Assembly (NCBI GenBank): GCA_039587395.1
Contig: JBDHIQ010000005.1
Location: 21,897 to 85,896 of the forward strand
Direction of reading: 5' to 3'
Length of the DNA: 64,000 bases
Source: Gemmatimonadota bacterium
GTDB lineage: Bacteria > Gemmatimonadota > Gemmatimonadetes > Palauibacterales > Palauibacteraceae
Position numbers and translations under genes: made by a program. Shown here piece after piece: positions 20,000-30,700 of this stretch. Position 1 is the stretch's first letter; every line of letters begins with the position of its first letter. The notes beneath the pieces were generated by a model. That model worked only from the letters and a program-made list of their open reading frames with translations. It had not been told where the DNA came from and made no database searches.

Positions 20000-21198
20000 T
20001 CTCGCGGGTTCGTAAGCCGGCGGTCTTCGCTCCGCTGGTTCTTGCGCTCCTGCTGGTCGGATCGGTCGGTTCTCTGCACGCCCAGGCCACGGTCACGTCG
20101 GCCGGACTGGGCTACCTGGTGCCGCCGGTTGACGCCCGCGCCGCCGGTTTGGGCTCCGTGGGTGTTGGCCTTCTGGGCGGGACGTTCTCGCTTCGCAATC
20201 CGGCCGACCTGTCCGAGCATTTGCATCCCGGCATCAACATCTCGGCAGCCCCCGAGGGCCTCACGGTGAAAGAGATCGAAGGGGCCAATACCACAGGCCG
20301 GCAGCGGATGTCGGTGATTCGAGCCGTGGTTCCGTTCGGGGAGTGGGCGGTGGCGCTGGGTTTCGGAGCCGAGCTGGACCAGGACTGGTCGGTGACCATC
20401 GCGGACACGGCGTACCTGCAGATCGGCACGTATCCGTTCGAGGAGGTACGTGAGCAGGACGGCGGGATCAGCGCCATCGACCTGTCGTTCTCTCGAAGCT
20501 TCGGGCCGCTGTCGCTGGGCCTCGCGGTTGAGACTCTGACCGGATCGGTGACCCGCCAGTTCCGACGCCAGTTTGACTTCCCGGTGGAGGACGATGCGCC
20601 GATCATCCAGAACGTGTTCAACAGGGAAACCACCTCATACCGGGGTTGGCGGTTCAAGGCTGGTGTGAACTACAGGTTGAGCAATCGGTTCCTCATCAGT
20701 GGATCGTACGGCATCTCCACCCAGCTGACGGCGGATGCGGCGGATCCCGGCATTCCCAATCGGTCTTTCGACATGCCGGGGATCCTCGAACTGGGTGCGA
20801 GCGCGCGACTCAGCCCCAAATTCCTGCTGACCGCCGGAGGAGGCTGGTCCGGCTGGTCAACGCTGAACGGTCAGGTCGAGGACGTCATCGCGTACGATGT
20901 CTTATGGGCTGGCGGTGGGGTGGAGTACGTCGGCATAGAGTTGTTGGGACTGAACTGGCCGCTTCGTCTGGGAGGGCGGTGGGCTCAGATGCCGTTCTCA
21001 CCCCAGACAGCATTGCAGTCGACCGAGGTCTCCGTAGCGGGTGGCCTGGGTCTGGTAGCCAAAGAGGGAGTTGCCGAGCTCAGCGCGACCTTCGAGATAG
21101 GCAAGCGCGGGAATCTGGATCAGGGCCAGATAGAAGAGTCGTTCCGGCGGCTCACAGTCTCGTTCGTTCTCCGTCAGATGGCGCAGAACCGACCCTAG
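19996..21198 (+). CDS. Outer-membrane beta-barrel protein (FadL/PorV-like)
   Basis: Signal peptide, N-terminal DARAAGLG…NPA hatch motif, alternating beta strands. Confidence 0.7.
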   Translation: MISRVRKPAVFAPLVLALLLVGSVGSLHAQATVTSAGLGYLVPPVDARAAGLGSVGVGLLGGTFSLRNPADLSEHLHPGINISAAPEGLTVKEIEGANTTGRQRMSVIRAVVPFGEWAVALGFGAELDQDWSVTIADTAYLQIGTYPFEEVREQDGGISAIDLSFSRSFGPLSLGLAVETLTGSVTRQFRRQFDFPVEDDAPIIQNVFNRETTSYRGWRFKAGVNYRLSNRFLISGSYGISTQLTADAADPGIPNRSFDMPGILELGASARLSPKFLLTAGGGWSGWSTLNGQVEDVIAYDVLWAGGGVEYVGIELLGLNWPLRLGGRWAQMPFSPQTALQSTEVSVAGGLGLVAKEGVAELSATFEIGKRGNLDQGQIEESFRRLTVSFVLRQMAQNRP

Positions 21199-21961
21199 CC
21201 GCGCTGGCAGACGCGGTCGCAGCTTCCTGCCTCAGGAGCGCGGCCGCGTCCGTGACCATCCGTTCGAGCAGCTCGGGACGGGTCACCGGCCAATCGTGAC
21301 CGACGTCCAGCGTCGTCACGGTCAGGCGATCGTCCGGCAGGTGGTCCAGATAGAGCCGGTACTCCTCCGTCCGGTACAGGGCGTCCGCCCGAGACAGGAT
21401 GACGTGTGCCCGTGGACAGACCGGGTGTAGTCCGGACTTCACGCCGGCCAACGTGTCCGTGACGGTGGGGAACAGGACCCGGGGCTTTCGGATGGCCGCC
21501 GACACGTAGTCCACCATGATTCCGGCTGCGAACCGCGCACCGGGCCAGCCTTCACCCCCCGTGTACTCCTCCAGCTGGAGTCGGACAGCTCTTCCCACCA
21601 CCGTAATCCAGCGCCGCTTCACCGGAACGCTGGGCGCACAGGCGATAGCCGGACGGGTGCCCAGCATGGCCACCATCCCGCCGAACGAATGGCCGACACG
21701 CGGAGCTTCCGGCGCATACCGCTCCGCCAGCTCCTCAACGAATTCCGCATACGCCGCCACATCCTGGAACAGGGAGCCATGGGTCTTGAACGAGAGATCG
21801 GGCAGCACCACCCGGGAACGTTCCGCGAGCCGTGCGATACCGTCCCCGTAGTACGATGGATGGACGCCCAGCCCGGGCAGAAAGACTAGCGCCTCGGGCC
21901 CCGAGCCCCATATTTCCACTGGAACGTGGAGACCGTCGAACGAAAAGGTGTCCTTTAGCAC
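21152..21961 (-). CDS. Alpha/beta hydrolase
   Basis: LVFLPGLG, GHSFGG elbow, C-terminal GHDW; GTG start at 21961 (the upstream part of the long ORF is the antisense shadow of miaB). Confidence 0.8.
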   Translation of the reverse strand: MLKDTFSFDGLHVPVEIWGSGPEALVFLPGLGVHPSYYGDGIARLAERSRVVLPDLSFKTHGSLFQDVAAYAEFVEELAERYAPEAPRVGHSFGGMVAMLGTRPAIACAPSVPVKRRWITVVGRAVRLQLEEYTGGEGWPGARFAAGIMVDYVSAAIRKPRVLFPTVTDTLAGVKSGLHPVCPRAHVILSRADALYRTEEYRLYLDHLPDDRLTVTTLDVGHDWPVTRPELLERMVTDAAALLRQEAATASASAARVGSAPSDGERTRL

Positions 21962-22150
21962 GCACGGATCGTAAATCCGCCCGAAACCAGGGGCAAATCG
22001 GTACCTGTGCGGAGGCAGTCGGCATTCGCCCGCTCGTGGTGCGGAAATAGGGCCACGAACGCGGGCTGTTTTCTTGTTCTGTTCCAGTCTCGGATCGACC
22101 TTGAGGCATCCCTTGAGGCAGTGATGATCGGAAACGATACGCTCTGAGCC

Positions 22151-23545
22151 ATGACCTCTCTGGTAACCCTGAAGACCGGGAGCGGCAGACCCGCCACGGA
22201 AGCGGCGCGCGGAGGTTCCGTGCGCCCGGTGGGCAAGCGGGTCTATATCGAGACGTACGGGTGCCAGATGAACATCAACGACACCGAGCTGATGGCCGGA
22301 GTCCTGGCGGATCGGGGCTACGTGCAGGTCCCGCTTCCGGCGGAGGCCGACGTGATTCTCATTAACACGTGTGCTATCCGGGATCATGCTGAACAGCGAG
22401 TCCTCGGGCGGATCGGCCAGCTGCAACAGTATCGAAGGGACCGGCCGGAGCTGGTGCTCGGCGTGACCGGGTGCATGGCGCAGCGGCTGGGGTCGCTGCT
22501 GCTCGAGGATATGGCGGGGGTGGATCTGGTGGCCGGCCCGGATGCATACCGGAAGCTGGGCGGGCTGGTCGAAGAGATCCAGGTGGGCGCCATGGCGCGC
22601 GGCCAGGCCCTGCTGGAGCTGGATTCCGAAGAGAACTACGAGGGGGTCGACAGCATCCGCGGCGATGGCGTCAGCGCCTGGATCACCGTGCAGAGAGGGT
22701 GTGATCATCGGTGCACGTTCTGCATCGTGCCATATGTGCGCGGCGGGGAGAAGAACCGTCGGCCGGAGCGGATCCTCTCGGAGGTAGAGGGGGTCGCGCA
22801 GTCGGGGTACTCGGAGGTCACCCTGTTGGGTCAGACCGTCAACTCCTACCGCCACGGAGACTGGGATTTTGCACGCTTGCTTCGCGCCGTGGCACGAACT
22901 CCCGGAATCCGGCGCGTACGATTCACATCGCCACATCCCAACGACGTGACGGAGGACATGCTGGTCGCCATGCGCGAAGAGCCGGCGGTGTGCAGGCAAC
23001 TCCACCTGCCCGTGCAGTCGGGCTCCAACCGGATTCTCAAACGGATGGTGCGGCGCTACACGGTAGAAGAATTCGAGCAACAGGTAGACCGGGTCCGCGA
23101 GCGAGTCCCGGATATCGCGCTGTCCACGGACGTCATTGTCGGTTTCCCCGGCGAGACGGAAGAGGAGTACCGGGCGACGCTCGATCTCATGCGAAGGGTG
23201 CGCTTTGACGACGCGTTCCTCTATCGCTACTCACTGCGCGACGGTACGCCCGCCACGCGGTTTCCGGACGCGGACTTCGTGTCCGACGAGACGGCCCAAA
23301 GCCGGCTGGCGGAGTTGATCGAGACCCAGCGCTCGATCCAGCGTGAGTTGAGCGAGCGTGAAGTTGGAGAGGTTCGGGAAGTTCTTGTGGAGCGTCCGGC
23401 CCGGAGTGCCGGGGACATGCTTGGCCGTACAGAGACCAACAAAGTGGTCGCGTTTCCGGGGGAACCGGCGCTGGTCGGCACGTACGTGCAGGTCCGGCTG
23501 CTGCACACGTCGGGGGCGACCTTTACCGGAGAGCGGGCTACATAG
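22151..23545 (+). CDS. miaB: tRNA-2-methylthio-N6-dimethylallyladenosine synthase MiaB
   Basis: TYGCQMN, NTCAIR, GCMAQ, radical SAM CDHRCTFC, TRAM domain. Confidence 0.97.
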   Translation: MTSLVTLKTGSGRPATEAARGGSVRPVGKRVYIETYGCQMNINDTELMAGVLADRGYVQVPLPAEADVILINTCAIRDHAEQRVLGRIGQLQQYRRDRPELVLGVTGCMAQRLGSLLLEDMAGVDLVAGPDAYRKLGGLVEEIQVGAMARGQALLELDSEENYEGVDSIRGDGVSAWITVQRGCDHRCTFCIVPYVRGGEKNRRPERILSEVEGVAQSGYSEVTLLGQTVNSYRHGDWDFARLLRAVARTPGIRRVRFTSPHPNDVTEDMLVAMREEPAVCRQLHLPVQSGSNRILKRMVRRYTVEEFEQQVDRVRERVPDIALSTDVIVGFPGETEEEYRATLDLMRRVRFDDAFLYRYSLRDGTPATRFPDADFVSDETAQSRLAELIETQRSIQRELSEREVGEVREVLVERPARSAGDMLGRTETNKVVAFPGEPALVGTYVQVRLLHTSGATFTGERAT

Positions 23546-23923
23546 ATGAGAATCGCTTCTCGCCTACTGATCTTCGCGCTGATCGCGCTTCTGGCATTCT
23601 GGTTCACAGCGGCCAACTCCGGGGAACGGGTGACCGTGGATCTCGTACTGCTCCGCCTTACCGTCCCGTTGCCGCTGGTGGTTTTCGGGTCGGTCCTTGT
23701 CGGAATGCTGGCCGTCCTGCTGGTTGGCCTGAAAGCCGATCTCCAGACTCGGCGTGCCATCCAGAGGTTCCGCGAAGTAGCCACCGCCTCTAAGCCGTCG
23801 AGTAGAGTGTCCGAACTGCCGGTCTCGGAGACATTGATCTCGGAGCCACGGGCCCCCGGGACGGACAGGCCGGACGAAGCGCTCACTGCCGAGTCACAAA
23901 GATCATCCGCGCACCAGCCATAA
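23546..23923 (+). CDS. LapA/DUF1049-like membrane protein
   Basis: Two TM helices with F-x-x-x-N and PL motifs, basic cytoplasmic tail. Confidence 0.7.
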   Translation: MRIASRLLIFALIALLAFWFTAANSGERVTVDLVLLRLTVPLPLVVFGSVLVGMLAVLLVGLKADLQTRRAIQRFREVATASKPSSRVSELPVSETLISEPRAPGTDRPDEALTAESQRSSAHQP

Positions 23924-23927
23924 GGCA

Positions 23928-26486
23928 CTGCACCCGCGCCACCCCGTTCCGGCTCACGTACCACCGCTCCTGGCTGTAGCCCTATCCCTTGCTATCGGCG
24001 ATGCGCTTGGCCTGTCGCTGGCTGCCCGGGCCGCCGTTGCCCCCGGTCTGACTGTCTCCACCCTCCTTGCTGCCGTGGCCTGGCTGGCAGGCAGGGAGGG
24101 ACCGGGCATGGCTGCCACCTGGTCAGGGCCAGCCGTGGTGACCACCGCCCTCGCTGCCGTAGTGGCCGCGGGGATCGCAGCCGGATCGTGGGCGGGAGCA
24201 CGTTCAGCCCACTCCTGTCAAGCGGCTCTCGAGAACGGAGACGAGGTTGCCATGTCCGGCCTGCTCAGCGAGGACGTCGCAGGCACGGAGCAGGCAGTCG
24301 AGGCGCCCGTGACAGCCCGGGGGAACGGGTCCGTCGCCGGCCGGCCACGCTGGGTCCGGACGAGTCTCGCGGAGGCAGTGATGGTGCATGGCGGCCGCCG
24401 CTGCCTCCTTCCTGGAATGTCGATCAGGCTTAGGCGCCCGCAGCGCGAGTTGGTGGAGGGGAGCCGGATCGTGGCCAGCGGAACGTGGCTCTCGTACGAG
24501 AGATCAAGCCGGGCTCGTCCCCTGAGCGCGTACGGCGTCCCCTACGTTTCGCTCGTGGTCGTGACTCCTCCCACGGAAGCGACGGCCGGATCCGGTCCCG
24601 GTGGGCGGCTCAAATCCATCTTCCATTCTCGAGCAACGGACCGGCTGGAGAGACTGCTTCCACCGGACGTCGCGCCGTTCGCAAAGGCCCTTACGCTGGC
24701 CGAGCGACGGGACATCGACCCGGCAGTGACTCGCCGGTTCGCGGAGGCAGGGCTGGTGCACCTGTTGGCCATCTCCGGTCTGCACATCGGATTCCTCGCG
24801 GCGGTCTGCGTCTGGCTACTGGGCCTGTTCACGCGGCGGCGATGGCGCTACTCGGTCGCCGCCGGCCTGATAGCCGGCTACGTGATCCTGATCGGAAGTC
24901 CGCCGTCTGCGGTGCGCGCTGCGCTGCTGTTCGCCGGCTACGCGCTGGCCAGGGCCCGCCAGGCTCCGGCCAGCACGGGCGATCTGGCCGGCCTGGCCGC
25001 TGCGATCGCCATCCTGGTGAGTCCGCTCGTCCTGGTCGAGCCGGGCTTCCAGCTGTCCTATGCCGGCTTTGCCGGTCTGATCGGGGGTCGCCATGCGGCC
25101 CGACGGCTGACGGCCGTATGGCCCGCTCTGACCGGTGTCACGGGCGCTCGCGCGATCCTGACCACGCTGGCAGCGGGAGCCGGCGCGTTCGTCTGCACGG
25201 CCCCGATCGCAGCCGCGCACTTCCAGCGCGTCGCACCCGTCTCGGTGTTGTCGACTCCGGCCGCCGCTCCGCTGGTGGCGCTTGCCCTGCTTGGACTGCT
25301 GGGCGCGTTGCTGCTCCCGGAGATGATCGCCAGTCTCGCCGCTGATGGCGCAGCCGTCGCGCTGCAGATCCTGGAATGGGTAGTCGACCGGTTTGCCCGA
25401 CTGCCGCTGCACGGATCCGCCAGCCCGCCCGGGCCGGTGGAGTGGGCCGGCCTGGCGCTCGTGCTGGCAGGACTGGCGCTCCTGGTGCTGGGCAGACGCC
25501 CCGTGCGGGCCGTCATTCCCCTCGCCGCGGCCCTGTCACTTACGTTCCTGGCTCCGTGGGCATCCGGGCTGTCAGCCCGCGCCGGGACGCTCCTCTGTTC
25601 TCTGGACGTAGGGCAGGGAGACGCAACGGTCGTTCGGACCCGGGCCGGACGCTGGATCGTGCTCGATGCCGGCCCCGGCGCCGGCTTCCACGCATCAACG
25701 GCCGCACCACGGGCTGCAAGCCGGGCTGCCTACGCGTACGAGACGGACTGGAGATACGGAGACGCAGGTCGTCGCACCGTACTCCCCTTCCTGCGGTCAC
25801 GGGGGGCACGCGCCGTGGACCTGTTCGTACTGTCTCACCCCCACCTGGACCATCTGGGTGGGGCGGCAGCGTTGTTCGCGAAGCTCCCCGTGCGTCGCGT
25901 GCTGGACGCCGGATACGCGCAGGCCAGCCGTCCGTACCTGGGCTTTCTTCAGCGGGTCGAAGCGGAGGGGGTCCAATGGCTTCCGGGGAGAAGCGGTGCC
26001 CGCATCTCCATGGATGAGGTCGAGATCCTGGTGCTGGGACCGGAGGCCGCCTCACCGGGATCCGCGGATGCAGATGAGAGAGACAGCGCGATCCCGGCCA
26101 CACACGCCGAGGACGCCAACGACACCAGCCTCATCGTGCGCCTCACCATCGCTGACAGGCTTGTCTACCTGAACACCGGAGACGCGCCCCGCTCTGCCGA
26201 GGATGCTCTGCTGGGTAGCTGGCCGGCGGAAATGCTGCGGGCTCACGTGCTCAAGCTGGGTCACCACGGAAGCCACACGTCTACTAGCCTGGGCTGGCTG
26301 GAGGCGGTTGGCCCGGAGATTGCCGTGATCTCCGCCGGACGGGGCAACAGCTACGGACACCCTCATCCGGTCACCCTGGCCAGACTGGATTCGGCTGCGG
26401 TAAACCGGGTCTGGCGAACGGATCGGGACGGCGACCTGTGCATCATCGTTCCAGACGCAGGGCCGTGGCGAATCGAGAGCCCCTGA
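23928..26486 (+). CDS. comEC: DNA internalization competence protein ComEC/Rec2
   Basis: HLLAISGLH, GFQLS, LDVGQGD, SHPHLDH, KLGHHGS, YGHPH, RTDRDG. Hydrophobic in-frame sequence extends upstream of GTG 24075 to a CTG at 23928. Confidence 0.9.
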   Translation: MHPRHPVPAHVPPLLAVALSLAIGDALGLSLAARAAVAPGLTVSTLLAAVAWLAGREGPGMAATWSGPAVVTTALAAVVAAGIAAGSWAGARSAHSCQAALENGDEVAMSGLLSEDVAGTEQAVEAPVTARGNGSVAGRPRWVRTSLAEAVMVHGGRRCLLPGMSIRLRRPQRELVEGSRIVASGTWLSYERSSRARPLSAYGVPYVSLVVVTPPTEATAGSGPGGRLKSIFHSRATDRLERLLPPDVAPFAKALTLAERRDIDPAVTRRFAEAGLVHLLAISGLHIGFLAAVCVWLLGLFTRRRWRYSVAAGLIAGYVILIGSPPSAVRAALLFAGYALARARQAPASTGDLAGLAAAIAILVSPLVLVEPGFQLSYAGFAGLIGGRHAARRLTAVWPALTGVTGARAILTTLAAGAGAFVCTAPIAAAHFQRVAPVSVLSTPAAAPLVALALLGLLGALLLPEMIASLAADGAAVALQILEWVVDRFARLPLHGSASPPGPVEWAGLALVLAGLALLVLGRRPVRAVIPLAAALSLTFLAPWASGLSARAGTLLCSLDVGQGDATVVRTRAGRWIVLDAGPGAGFHASTAAPRAASRAAYAYETDWRYGDAGRRTVLPFLRSRGARAVDLFVLSHPHLDHLGGAAALFAKLPVRRVLDAGYAQASRPYLGFLQRVEAEGVQWLPGRSGARISMDEVEILVLGPEAASPGSADADERDSAIPATHAEDANDTSLIVRLTIADRLVYLNTGDAPRSAEDALLGSWPAEMLRAHVLKLGHHGSHTSTSLGWLEAVGPEIAVISAGRGNSYGHPHPVTLARLDSAAVNRVWRTDRDGDLCIIVPDAGPWRIESP

Positions 26487-26588
26487 GGTGTGATTCGTGT
26501 TCCGAAACTGTTTCTGCGGGGATAGCTTACGGCGTGAAGCGGATGCAGCGCCGTCGCCGGATTCTCTGAGCGATCACTGGAGGTTTGC

Positions 26589-27596
26589 GTGGACAAGTAT
26601 GTAGTCACGATCGAACGCTTCATCCTGGAACAGGAGCGGCGGTACCCGGAGGCTACGGGCATCTTCTCCAACCTCCTGTACGACCTGTCTCTGGCCGCTA
26701 AGATGATCCACCGGGCGGTCAACATGGCAGGCCTCGTCGAAATCCTGGGCGAAGCCGGCAAGCGCAACGTGCACGGCGAAGATGTCATGAAGCTGGACGA
26801 GTACGCCAACGAGGTGATCTTCAACGCCATGGACCACACGGGCCACCTGTGCGTCATGGGCTCCGAGGAGGTTGAGGAGCCTATTCTGATCCCCGAGAAG
26901 TTCCCGACCGGCCCCTACGTCCTGCTGTACGATCCACTGGACGGGAGCTCGAACATCGCAGCGAACATCTCCATCGGCACGATCTTTTCCCTGCACCGGC
27001 GGGTTACGGTCGGGCAGAGGGACGGAACGATGGAGGATCTCCTTCAGCCCGGCGTCAACCAGGTCGCCGCGGGCTACGTGATCTACGGGTCTTCCACCAT
27101 GCTGGTGTTCTCCGCCGGCAACGGGGTACACGGGTTCACGCTGGATCCATCCATCGGCGAGTTCCTGCTGTCACACCCGGACATCAAGATCCCGGTCCCC
27201 GGCAAGAAGATCTACAGCGTGAACGAGGGCTATGCGGCCAAGTGGAGCCCCGGCCAACGGGCGCTGGTGAAGCGCTACCAGGAGAACGGCTTCTCGTCCC
27301 GCTACGTCGGCTCGTTGGTCGCCGACTTTCATCGGACGCTGCTGTACGGCGGCGTGTTCATGTACCCGGCCACCGCGGATGCGCCGAACGGCAAGCTGCG
27401 CCTGCTCTACGAGGTGTCGCCGATGGCGTTTCTCTGCGAGCAGGCGGGCGGCGCGGCCTCGGACGGTACCCAGAGCACGCTTGGATTCCAGCCCACGGAC
27501 CTCCACGAGCGAGTTCCGGTCTACATGGGAACGCCGGAGTACGTCCAGTGGGCCAAAGAGTGCCTGGCCGAGGACGCAGTCAGTCGAGAAGCCTGA
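26589..27596 (+). CDS. fbp: Fructose-1,6-bisphosphatase class 1
   Basis: GSEE, YDPLDGSSN, RYVGSLVADFHR, GKLRLLYE; GGAGG RBS. Confidence 0.97.
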   Translation: MDKYVVTIERFILEQERRYPEATGIFSNLLYDLSLAAKMIHRAVNMAGLVEILGEAGKRNVHGEDVMKLDEYANEVIFNAMDHTGHLCVMGSEEVEEPILIPEKFPTGPYVLLYDPLDGSSNIAANISIGTIFSLHRRVTVGQRDGTMEDLLQPGVNQVAAGYVIYGSSTMLVFSAGNGVHGFTLDPSIGEFLLSHPDIKIPVPGKKIYSVNEGYAAKWSPGQRALVKRYQENGFSSRYVGSLVADFHRTLLYGGVFMYPATADAPNGKLRLLYEVSPMAFLCEQAGGAASDGTQSTLGFQPTDLHERVPVYMGTPEYVQWAKECLAEDAVSREA

Positions 27597-27690
27597 GCTG
27601 TCGGCGAAACTCCGGTCAAGAAGAGGCCGGAGCGCTCCGAAGCTTGCCGGGAGAAGCCGAAGGGTCGGCCGCAGAATGCCTCAGATACGA

Positions 27691-27723
27691 GAGAAGCCCC
27701 GGGGTGATCCCCGGGGCTTTCTC
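27691..27723. terminator. Bidirectional rho-independent terminator between convergent fbp and TonB-receptor genes
   Basis: Stem AAGCCCCGGGG-tgat-CCCCGGGGCTT (27694-27719) followed by TCTC. Confidence 0.75.
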
Positions 27724-27788
27724 AATACTACCTCTTCCGTCTCGCGGGCAGAGCTCCGATCGAGCCCCACCACGCAAGCCAAATCTGG

Positions 27789-30700
27789 CTACGGAAGGAT
27801 GTAGCGCAAACCGAGCTGGAAGCGGAACAGCGAGCCCGGAATCCGTGACTGGAACGGGTTAACCGAGCCATCATCAGCTTCACTCGGACCCCTGTACTCG
27901 TAAACCAGTCGGCCCTGACTGTCGCGTCCGTCTATCCGCAGCGCTTCCAGTCCACGGTCAATGTTGGAAGGCTCCTCGAACCGGGCGCTCGTGATGTTGA
28001 TGAAGTCTCCAATGACCTGGAATCGGTTCAGCCCGCCACCCGGAAGCCGGATCACGAAGCGCAGGTCGAACCGGCCGAACCACGGCGCTGTGCAGCTATT
28101 GCGCTTCATGATGGATCCGCGCTGGCTTTCCAGGCATGAGTTGGCGCTGATCAGAGTGTCGAAATCGGCTGCGTCCTCAGGAGAATCCCACTGCAATTCG
28201 TTGACGCTCACCGGGATGTACATGAGATCGTTGTCCCGGCTGATTACCGCATCCCGGTACCCATCGCCGTTCGGGTCACCCCTCACGATGTAGGAATACG
28301 GTGAGCCCGACTGCCCGAAATACTGGGGCGTGAGCTCAATCCCGAAGCCGGCGTTCCCGATATCCCAGTTCATCGGAAGCGAAACGACAACCTTGTGCCT
28401 GCGCTCGAACGAAGAGGTTGTCCGCGCCGGGTCGTTCAGATTGTCTCCGATCGGGTTGCGTCCCAGGTTCGATGTAGCCTGGCTGGAAAACAGGCCCTGC
28501 ACGTCCTCCACATCCTGCCACGTGTACGACGTCCGAAGCCCCATGGACAACGGGTTGGCGCCCAGGTCCGCGACCTTCGTCATCGCGCGGTTCAGCTGCA
28601 CGCTGACCAGGTAGGCCCGCTGGTTGCTCGTGTTGGTGAGCATCACGACCTGGCCGAACTCGTCATCGATTCGGTTGCCCGTGAAGCAGTTGCCGCGGCT
28701 TCCGCAGCCGGAGGAGTTTGGCGAGCCGTGCGTGGGACGACCGTCGACCGGATCCACTCCGTTCGCGGGGAGCAGGTTCATCTCCCGCAGGAAGGGGGCG
28801 TTGATCGCCTTCGTGTAAATCCCCTCGAGTGTGGCCGAGAACCCGGCCCCGATCTGCTGGTCGATTCCCGCTGAGACCTTGAAATCGGTCGGGAACTTGA
28901 AGTTCTCGTCCGTCACGTTGATCCGCGGAATGGCTGCCTCCGCACCTGAACCGTCGTTGCAAGTCGATGGCGCCGGATTGTTCGGATCGAACAGCGGCGC
29001 GTTGCTGCCGTCGCACTCCAGGTCGACGGACTGGACGCCCGTGTTGCCGTAGGCATTCGAGATCCAGACGTACGGGGCGCGACCCGCAAACACGCCCACT
29101 CCGCCGCGCAGCTGGGTGATGCGGTCTTCCCCGAGCTGATAGTTCAGCCCAAGTCGCGGCTGGACGACCGGGTTTGCCTTCGGAATGGTCGTAGTGTTGA
29201 GCGCGATCTGGCTGTTCTCCAGCGCCTCGTTCCTGCGCGGGGTGTCCAGCATGATCGGCACGTCCACACGCAGGCCCCCGGTCAGGGTGAGACGCTCGTT
29301 GACCGCCCACACGTCCTGCGCATAGAAGCCAAGCTGGAGGACGCTGAACTTCGCCGGCAATTCATCCACCGCGACCCCGGCCACGGGGACGCGCTTTACA
29401 TAGCTGTCGACGACGTTGTTCTCCAGATCGTCCAGGCTGTCGAACTCCCACAGCCCGAGTAGGCCCGGCTCGAATACGTTGAAGAAGTTGTAGTACTCGT
29501 TGTGCGTGCCGAATGTGAGCGCGTGATCGCCAAACTGGCCGGTCAGGTTGTCGGTCAGCTGAATGATGTCCTGGTCCAGCTGATTGAAGTGGGAGAAGCG
29601 CTCTGCGCCGGCCACGAGCGTGTTGTCGCTCACACCCACCTCAACCTGGCCCCACTCGACCAGCGGATCGCGATTGTCGCGCACCGTCTCGAAGTTGATG
29701 AGCAACTCGTTGTCCCAGCGGCTTCCAAAGGTGGAGAACAGCTGACCCACGACGGAGTTGGTCGTGCTCTTGAACGGGTAACCGTTGCTGCCCATCCCGT
29801 AGACGAAGGTCTCCCGGAACGGATCGACGTTCTGACTGGAGTGCGCGTAGTTCCAGCGGAGCATGGCGCGGTGGTTCTGGTTGATGTTCCAGTCCGTGCG
29901 CAGGAAGATGTTGGTCCGCGGGTTGTCGATGGTGACGAAGTCTGACGTGCCGGCATCGACGCCATACGTATCCCGCATGATGTCGATCATCTCCTGCGCT
30001 TCACCGGGAGCGACCCCCCACCTGTCCGAGCCCGCAGCCGGATCGAAGCCGGCAACGCTGGGCCGGTCGAGGATCTGGGTCTCGAACGCGCCGAAGAAGA
30101 ATAGCTTGTCTCGCAGGATCGGACCGCCGAGCGTGGCCCCGAACTGATAGTCCTTGAACTCTTGCTTGGGCTCATCCGGATCAAGGGTCGGGTCCCGGCT
30201 CACCACGTTCTCGTTGGAGAAGAAGCCGAACGCAGAGCCCTTCCACTGATTGGTGCCCTGCTTGGTGACCGCGTTCAGCAGGCCGCCCGTGAAGTTGGAC
30301 TGCCGGACGTCGAACGGCGTGGTGAGGATCTGCATCTCCTCGATGGCTTCGATCGAAATGGCCTTGGCGTTGGTCTGACCACCGGGGATCCCGCTGTCGG
30401 CCAGGCCGAACACGTCGTTGTTCACGGCCCCGTCAATCTGAATCTGGTTGAACCGGTTGTTCTGACCGCCTATAGATGGAGAGCCTTCGATCACATTCGC
30501 GTACGGCGAGAGAATCGCGAAATCGGTGATCTGACGCTGCAGCGTCGGGTTGGCCTGGATCTCCTCCTGTTGGATCGTGGCTTGGCTGCCCGTGCGCGTG
30601 GCGCTGAACAGCGGGCTGCCCTCCACCGACACGGTCAGCGGAGCCACCTCCACGGCCGATTCCTCGAGCTGGAAGACCAGCGTGGCCGTGGTGCTGAGGG

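Noticed and set aside
21962-23080. Apparent 642-aa fusion ORF 21152..23080 (-)
   Set aside because: Only the C-terminal 269 aa look like a real hydrolase; the rest is antisense to miaB
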